Translations under genes and position numbers: made by a program | Part shown: piece after piece, positions 57,936 to 64,000 of the stretch | How the letters are laid out: each line of letters opens with the position of its first letter | Numbering within the stretch: the first letter of the stretch is position 1 | Source of the DNA: Oscillospiraceae bacterium | Lineage (GTDB): Bacteria > Bacillota > Clostridia > Oscillospirales > JAVBQB01 | Length of the DNA: 64,000 nucleotides | Assembly (NCBI GenBank): GCA_031549265.1 | Contig: JAVBQB010000002.1 | Coordinates: 114,210-178,209 of the forward strand | Reading direction: 5' to 3' | The notes under the pieces: model-generated | Told to the model about the DNA's origin: nothing | The model's input: only the letters and a program-made list of their open reading frames with translations | Database searches by the model: none

Positions 57936-58045
57936 ATTGATAACCCTTCCCAGCAAAAGCAAAGTATGATGGCGGCGGCATCCGGCGTTTATCGCCGATA
58001 TAACCTTTTCTTGTACCAGTATAGCTGAAATGCGCCGCTTTTGTG

Positions 58046-58074
58046 CTTGACAAACGGATAACGCTAATATAATA
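58046..58074 (+). promoter_or_regulatory. proS promoter candidate (TTGACA, then TATAAT/TAATAT after 15-17 nt)
   Basis: TTGACA at 58046-58051 and TATAAT at 58067-58072. Confidence 0.4.
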
Positions 58075-58116
58075 TTTACGGATGATATTATAAGGAATTA
58101 TTTGGGAGTGACATTA

Positions 58117-59550
58117 ATGGCATCCGACAAAATGGTCGAACAGATCACAGCAATGGACGTCGATTTTGCCAAGTGGTATACCGACGTCGTCAAGAAGGCC
58201 GAGCTAATCGATTATTCCAGCGTCAAGGGTTGCGTTATATTGCGGCCGTACGCTTACGCGCTGTGGGAAAACATCCAGCGCGCGCTGGACGATATGCTCA
58301 AGGCGTCCGGGCATGAGAATGTCTATATGCCGCTGTTCATTCCCGAATCGCTGCTGCAAAAGGAGAAAGACCACGTCGACGGCTTCGCGCCCGAGGTGGC
58401 CTGGGTTACCCACGGCGGCAGCGAACCGCTGACCGAGCGCATGTGCGTCCGACCTACGTCGGAGACGCTGTTTTGCGAGCACTATAAGAACATCATCCAC
58501 TCCTGGCGCGACCTGCCCAAGCTCTACAACCAGTGGTGCTCGGTGGTTCGCTGGGAGAAAACCACACGTCCTTTCCTGCGCGGACGCGAATTTCTCTGGC
58601 AGGAGGGGCATACAATCCACGCGACAGCCGAGGAAGCCGACGCCGAGGCGATGGCCATTCTCGAATTTTACGCCGATCTGGCCGAAAACTGGCTGGCAAT
58701 GCCGGTAATCCGCGGACAAAAGACAGAGAGCGAGAAGTTTGCGGGCGCGCAGTCGACCTATGCCATTGAGTGCATGATGCACGACGGCAAAGCGCTCCAG
58801 GCCGGTACAACGCACTTCTTCGGAGACGGATTCGCAAAGGCTTTCGAGATCCAGTTCACCGACCGCGAAAACAAGCTGCGCTATCCGCACCAGAGCTCGT
58901 GGGGAGTGACCACCCGTCTCATCGGCGGAATAATTATGACCCACGGCGACGACAACGGACTGCTTCTGCCACCCAAAATCGCGCCGGTGCAGGTGGTCGT
59001 CATTCCGGTCGCCGCGCACAAGCCGGGAGTGCTGGATGCCGCCAAAGCCCTGTGCGACGGCCTACGAGCCTCTGGCCTGCGTGTCAAGCTTGATGACAGC
59101 GACAATAATCCCGGCTGGAAATACGCCGAGCACGAGATGAAGGGCGTTCCTGTTCGGCTGGAGCTCGGCCCGCGCGACATTGAAGCGGGAACCTGCATGG
59201 TGGTTCGACGCGACACCCGCGAAAAAGCCGCCCTGCCGCTTGAGGGCATTGCCGGCGCTCTTCGCGAAATGCTGGACAGCATCCAGGCAGATCTGCTTGC
59301 GCGCGCACGCACAAACCTTGAAAACCGCACGTTTTCCACGACCGACGCCAAGGATTTGGCCAGAATCGTGCCGGAGGGCGGATTTGCACGCGCCATGTGG
59401 TGCGGCGACGCCGCTTGCGAGGACAAACTTAAGGCAGACTATGGCGTTTCATCGCGCTGTATCCCTTTTGAACAGCAGAAGCTGAGCGACAGCTGCATTT
59501 GCTGCGGCAAACCCGCCGAAAAAATGGTGCTGTGGGCGGTCGCTTACTGA
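58117..59550 (+). CDS. proS: Proline--tRNA ligase (archaeal/eukaryote-like type)
   Basis: Class II aaRS motifs and ProRS sequence ([27 protein letters not shown]). C-terminal Zn-binding-like [11 protein letters not shown] 58117. Confidence 0.93.
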   Translation: MASDKMVEQITAMDVDFAKWYTDVVKKAELIDYSSVKGCVILRPYAYALWENIQRALDDMLKASGHENVYMPLFIPESLLQKEKDHVDGFAPEVAWVTHGGSEPLTERMCVRPTSETLFCEHYKNIIHSWRDLPKLYNQWCSVVRWEKTTRPFLRGREFLWQEGHTIHATAEEADAEAMAILEFYADLAENWLAMPVIRGQKTESEKFAGAQSTYAIECMMHDGKALQAGTTHFFGDGFAKAFEIQFTDRENKLRYPHQSSWGVTTRLIGGIIMTHGDDNGLLLPPKIAPVQVVVIPVAAHKPGVLDAAKALCDGLRASGLRVKLDDSDNNPGWKYAEHEMKGVPVRLELGPRDIEAGTCMVVRRDTREKAALPLEGIAGALREMLDSIQADLLARARTNLENRTFSTTDAKDLARIVPEGGFARAMWCGDAACEDKLKADYGVSSRCIPFEQQKLSDSCICCGKPAEKMVLWAVAY

Positions 59551-59605
59551 TCGGGCAGTTGCCCGCCTGGACCCTTGGCGTATATGTTTTTTTATACTAA
59601 TGACG

Positions 59606-59636
59606 AATGCCGGCGTATTTTCTGCGCCGGCATTTG
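59606..59636 (+). terminator. Hairpin terminator after proS
   Basis: A 10-bp stem, AATGCCGGCG pairing with CGCCGGCATT, followed by TTGAT. It lies inside the spurious 5' extension of the nagB track ORF. Confidence 0.5.
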
Positions 59637-59672
59637 ATAGGCATATTGCTGACATTAATTGGAGGTATTTCC

Positions 59673-60398
59673 ATGAAAACCACAATTTGCAAAAACTATG
59701 ATGAGATGAGCCTCGTTGCCGCCTACATAATGGCAGAGCGGGTGAGAACCAAGCCCGACTGCGTTTTGGGGCTCGCGACCGGCGGAACTCCGGTGGGCAT
59801 GTACGCTGCGCTGGCCGATATGCACCGCCGCTCAGGACTGGATTTTTCGCGGGTTACGTCTTTTAACCTTGACGAGTACTATCCTATAAAGAAGTCCAAT
59901 GATCAGAGTTATGACTATTTCATGTGGGATAACCTGTTTTCGCACATTAATATTAAACGAGAGAATGTCAATATTCTTGACGGAGAAGCAGCCGACCCCG
60001 ACGCCGAGTGCAGAGAATATGAAGCGCGCATGGCCGGGGCGGGTGGCATTGACCTCCAGGTGCTGGGCATCGGTCTGAACGGACATATCGGCTTTAACGA
60101 ACCGGAAAACGAAATGCACGTCCTCACGCATAAGACCGGGCTCACCGAAAGCACCATCGAAGCCAACGCGCGCTTCTTTGCCAGCGCCGCCGACGTACCG
60201 CGCCACTCGCTGACAATGGGCATGGGCAGCATTATGGCGGCTAAAAGTATTTTACTGCTCATTTCCGGAAAGAATAAGGCTGAAGTTGTCAAAAGACTGT
60301 TCGCGGGACGAATAACGACCTCGTGCCCCGCGACGCTGCTGCACCTGCATCCCGACGTGACGCTTCTTCTCGACGAGGACGCCGCCTCCCTGATCTGA
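59673..60398 (+). CDS. nagB: Glucosamine-6-phosphate deaminase
   Basis: Motifs LGLATGGTP, FNLDEY, LGIGLNGHIGFNEP. GGAGGT RBS before ATG 59673. Confidence 0.92.
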   Translation: MKTTICKNYDEMSLVAAYIMAERVRTKPDCVLGLATGGTPVGMYAALADMHRRSGLDFSRVTSFNLDEYYPIKKSNDQSYDYFMWDNLFSHINIKRENVNILDGEAADPDAECREYEARMAGAGGIDLQVLGIGLNGHIGFNEPENEMHVLTHKTGLTESTIEANARFFASAADVPRHSLTMGMGSIMAAKSILLLISGKNKAEVVKRLFAGRITTSCPATLLHLHPDVTLLLDEDAASLI

Positions 60399-60440
60399 GC
60401 GGACATGTGAAAAAATATCAAAAAAATTGCAATTTGAGTA

Positions 60441-60469
60441 TTGACAACGGCCGAACCATTACGTATAAT
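60441..60469 (+). promoter_or_regulatory. Consensus sigma-A promoter of the S10 ribosomal operon (TTGACA-17 nt-TATAAT)
   Basis: TTGACA at 60441-60446 and TATAAT at 60464-60469. About 155-nt leader before rpsJ. Confidence 0.6.
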
Positions 60470-60626
60470 AATCAAGTGTCTGTGTGGATAGCTACATTAT
60501 TGGCCGGATGTTTTCCGGCCAATATATTATCCGGACTCGGCACACACGGCAGGGAGTATAAAATATTTTTCTAAATCGTCATAGAGACAACAACAACTAT
60601 TAAGGTACGATTCAGGGGGTAAAATC

Positions 60627-60944
60627 ATGGCAGGAGCCGCCAAGGAAAAAATCCGCATTCGCTTGAAAGCGTATGATCATCAGATCATCGACCAGAGCGC
60701 GGAGAGAATTGTTGACACCGCAAAGCGCACGGGCGCAACAGTATCAGGCCCGATCCCGCTTCCCACAGCGAAAGAAATAGTCACCATTCTGCGCGCGGTG
60801 CACAAGTATAAGGACAGCCGTGAGCAGTTTGAAAGACGTACCCACAAGAGACTGATCGACATACTCAGCCCCAATCCCAAGACTGTTGAAGCGCTGATGG
60901 CACTGAACCTGCCGGCCGGCGTTGAAATAGAAATAAAACTTTAA
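60627..60944 (+). CDS. rpsJ: 30S ribosomal protein S10
   Basis: [16 protein letters not shown]...; 105 aa. Confidence 0.98.
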   Translation: MAGAAKEKIRIRLKAYDHQIIDQSAERIVDTAKRTGATVSGPIPLPTAKEIVTILRAVHKYKDSREQFERRTHKRLIDILSPNPKTVEALMALNLPAGVEIEIKL

Positions 60945-61059
60945 GCCCGCGGCAGCTCGGCGGGCATGAAGTCCGGGATTTCGGACATAATGCAAGCGCC
61001 GCAGCCTGTGCCGGGTCAAGTTGACTTGAGGTCAACCAATAACCTTAGGAGGGCAATTC

Positions 61060-61695
61060 ATGCAAAAGGCTATCATTGGAAGAAAAGTCGGAATGACCCA
61101 ACTTTTCGACGAAAACGGCAAAGTGATACCGGTAACCGTAATTAAAGCTGGTCCTTGCGTTGTCGTTCAAAAGAAAACATCGGAAAAGGAAGGCTACAAC
61201 AGCGTGCAGCTGGGTTTTGAGGATGTGCCGGAGCGAAAGCTGACCCGTCCAGAAATCGGGCACCTGAAGAAAGCCGATGTCCCCTTTAAGAGAGTGCTCC
61301 GCGAATTTAAGCTTGACGACTGCAACGCATACGACGTGGGCGCGACCCTGCTTGCCGACGTTTTTGCTGAAGGCGAGCGCGTCGACATAACCGGAACCAG
61401 CAAGGGTAAAGGTTACGCTGGCGTCGTTAAGCGCTGGGGCGCCAGAATGCAGGCGTCATCCCACGGTGTCGGACCCGTACACCGCAGCGTCGGTTCGATG
61501 GGCGCGAACTCCGACCCCTCGCGCGTCATGCCCGGCAAAAAGATGGCCGGACACATGGGCGACGAGCAGGTCACTATCCTCAATCTTGACGTTGTCAAAG
61601 TCGACGTTGAGCTTGGCGTGATCGCGGTTCGCGGCGCGGTACCCGGTCCCCGCGGCGGCCTGGTTACCATTCGCAATTCGGTTATCAACGAATAA
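61060..61695 (+). CDS. rplC: 50S ribosomal protein L3
   Basis: [24 protein letters not shown]...; 211 aa. Confidence 0.98.
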   Translation: MQKAIIGRKVGMTQLFDENGKVIPVTVIKAGPCVVVQKKTSEKEGYNSVQLGFEDVPERKLTRPEIGHLKKADVPFKRVLREFKLDDCNAYDVGATLLADVFAEGERVDITGTSKGKGYAGVVKRWGARMQASSHGVGPVHRSVGSMGANSDPSRVMPGKKMAGHMGDEQVTILNLDVVKVDVELGVIAVRGAVPGPRGGLVTIRNSVINE

Positions 61696-61787
61696 GCTGA
61701 GGGGCGCTTTGACCTCACAAGCAGCGGCATGTCCGCACACGCCGAGGCTCCAAATGCCACCGGCTTCAACCGAAAGGAGTATTTAAC

Positions 61788-62411
61788 ATGTCTTCCGTAC
61801 CTGTTTACGATATGACCGGCAAAAAAGTCGGTGATATAGAACTCAGCGAAAGCGTGTTTGGCATTAAACCGAACAAAGACGCCATGTACACGCTGGTACG
61901 CAACCATCTCGCCAATTGCAGACAGGGCACGCAGAGCACACTGACCCGCGCCGAGGTTTCGGGCGGCGGCAGAAAACCCTGGAGGCAAAAGGGCACCGGT
62001 CGCGCCCGTCAAGGCTCCACTCGCAGCCCGCAGTGGACTCACGGCGGCATCGCGTTCGGCCCTAAGCCACGCGACTACTCATACACCGTTAACAAAAAGC
62101 TGCGCCGTCTGGCAATAAAGAGCGCGCTTTCCGCAAAGGCTCAGAAGGGCGAACTCATTGTGGTTGCCGATCTCAACATGAGCGAGATCAAAACCAAGAG
62201 CTTTAAAGCGTTCCTCACGGCTATCAGCGCCGAAGGACGCGCCCTGGTGGTAACGCCGGAGCCCCGCGAGAACGTCATCAAGTCTGCGCGCAACCTGCCT
62301 GGAGTTAAGACGACGATCGCGAACATCCTGAACGTTTACGATCTTCTCAACTGCGAGAAGTTCATTGTGGATAAAAGCGCCATCGCACGTATTGAGGAGG
62401 TGTTCGCATAA
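61788..62411 (+). CDS. rplD: 50S ribosomal protein L4
   Basis: GGGRKPWRQKGTGRARQGS motif. 207 aa. Confidence 0.98.
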   Translation: MSSVPVYDMTGKKVGDIELSESVFGIKPNKDAMYTLVRNHLANCRQGTQSTLTRAEVSGGGRKPWRQKGTGRARQGSTRSPQWTHGGIAFGPKPRDYSYTVNKKLRRLAIKSALSAKAQKGELIVVADLNMSEIKTKSFKAFLTAISAEGRALVVTPEPRENVIKSARNLPGVKTTIANILNVYDLLNCEKFIVDKSAIARIEEVFA

Positions 62412-62704
62412 TGAAGACGGCATACGATATTATTATCAAACCCGTTATCACCGAGCGTTCGATGGACTCCGCCTCGGACAAGAAGTACGTGTTCCAGGTC
62501 GACCGCGACTCGAACAAGATCGAGATTAAAAAAGCGCTCGAGGAAATCTTTGGCGTTAAGGTCGCCAGCGTCAACACTATGAATGTTATCGGCAAGGAAA
62601 AACGCCTGGGCGTCCACAAGGGTCGCCGCGCATCCTGGAAAAAGGCGATTGTCCAGCTGAAAAGCGATTCCAAGAGCATTGAATTCTTCGAAGGCATGGT
62701 GTAA
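62411..62704 (+). CDS. rplW: 50S ribosomal protein L23
   Basis: YDIIIKPVITERS...KYVFQVD...; TAATG overlap with rplD. Confidence 0.97.
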   Translation: MKTAYDIIIKPVITERSMDSASDKKYVFQVDRDSNKIEIKKALEEIFGVKVASVNTMNVIGKEKRLGVHKGRRASWKKAIVQLKSDSKSIEFFEGMV

Positions 62705-62775
62705 TCCTGAGCCGCCATTATTTCGCGGCTTTGAGATGACATTTTACTTTCTCATAGATTATTTGAGGTGATCGA

Positions 62776-63609
<834 letters not shown>

Positions 63610-63621
63610 GGGGGCAGATTT

Positions 63622-63900
63622 GTGAGCAGAAGCGTAAAGAAGGGCCCGTTTGTCGCCCCTGAGCTTATTCGCAGAGTCGAAGCCATGAACGCGGGCGGCG
63701 ATAAGAAAGTTATCAAGACTTGGTCGAGATCGTCCACCATCTTCCCGCAGTTTGTCGGACATACCATCGCTGTTCATGACGGACGCAGGCACGTGCCCGT
63801 ATATGTCACCGAAGATATGGTCGGACACAAACTGGGCGAATTCGCCCCAACACGCACTTACAGAGGTCATTCCGGCAGCAAGACCTCCAACGCCAGATAA
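63622..63900 (+). CDS. rpsS: 30S ribosomal protein S19
   Basis: [10 protein letters not shown]...[17 protein letters not shown]...GHKLGEF; GTG start. Confidence 0.97.
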   Translation: MSRSVKKGPFVAPELIRRVEAMNAGGDKKVIKTWSRSSTIFPQFVGHTIAVHDGRRHVPVYVTEDMVGHKLGEFAPTRTYRGHSGSKTSNAR

Positions 63901-63917
63901 AGGAGGGGAAATCAGAA

Positions 63918-64000
63918 ATGGAAGCATATGCACACTCACGTTTTGTCCGGATTTCTCCCCGAAAGGTCAGCATAGTCTGCGACCTTATCAGAGGCAAGGA
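63918..64000 (+). CDS. rplV: 50S ribosomal protein L22, N-terminal fragment (runs off the window)
   Basis: ATG 63918 behind AGGAGGGG. Translation MEAYAHSRFVRISPRKVSIVCDLIRGK is typical of the L22 N-terminus. Confidence 0.9.
   Translation, partial: MEAYAHSRFVRISPRKVSIVCDLIRGK

Noticed and set aside
57963-58116. Possible T-box leader upstream of proS.
   Set aside because: The intergenic region is only ~150 nt, and the predicted promoter leaves a leader of ~40 nt. That is far too short for a T-box (specifier, antiterminator and terminator). No T-box sequence was seen.

Overview
This is a GC-rich chromosomal segment from an endospore-forming Firmicute. The gene content looks like Clostridia (Oscillospiraceae/Ruminococcaceae-like), but no similarity search was possible. 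Most of the window is ordinary core genome. It holds a hybrid histidine kinase and a REC-HPt protein, feoAB, and an ApbE/NusG-II/Gx-transporter cluster. It also holds SLH-domain wall proteins, an M28 peptidase and a nine-gene ntp-type V-ATPase operon. Glycolysis genes are present (fba, PPi-dependent pfk, gap), together with spoIIGA-sigE, a SEDS protein, hydF, glgBCDA, PFOR, mfd, gdhA, proS and nagB. The window ends at the start of the S10 ribosomal operon. I saw no rRNA, tRNA, CRISPR array, transposase or integrase. The one block that does not fit the housekeeping context is a translationally coupled three-gene operon at 33166-37337. It encodes a coiled-coil protein, a large protein with an unrecognised N-terminal domain plus a divergent McrB/AAA_5-like P-loop NTPase core, and a protein ending in a PD-(D/E)xK nuclease signature (McrC-like). 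No methyltransferase is nearby. I regard it as a candidate McrBC-derived, possibly undescribed defence or restriction module. Secondary observations are listed here:
- An 18-nt palindromic motif recurs four times in intergenic DNA, with degenerate relatives in the V-ATPase operon gaps.
- Two 16-bp palindromic operators sit in the feoAB promoter and leader.
- The spoIIGA promoter has a spoIIG-like 21-bp spacer and appears to give a leaderless transcript.
- A histidine kinase has Gln in place of the phospho-accepting His, and an HPt domain has Arg in place of its His.
- Several small Cys-rich genes are absent from the ORF track.
- Related GC-rich palindromes flank the M28 peptidase gene.
All functional calls rest on motif recognition by eye.
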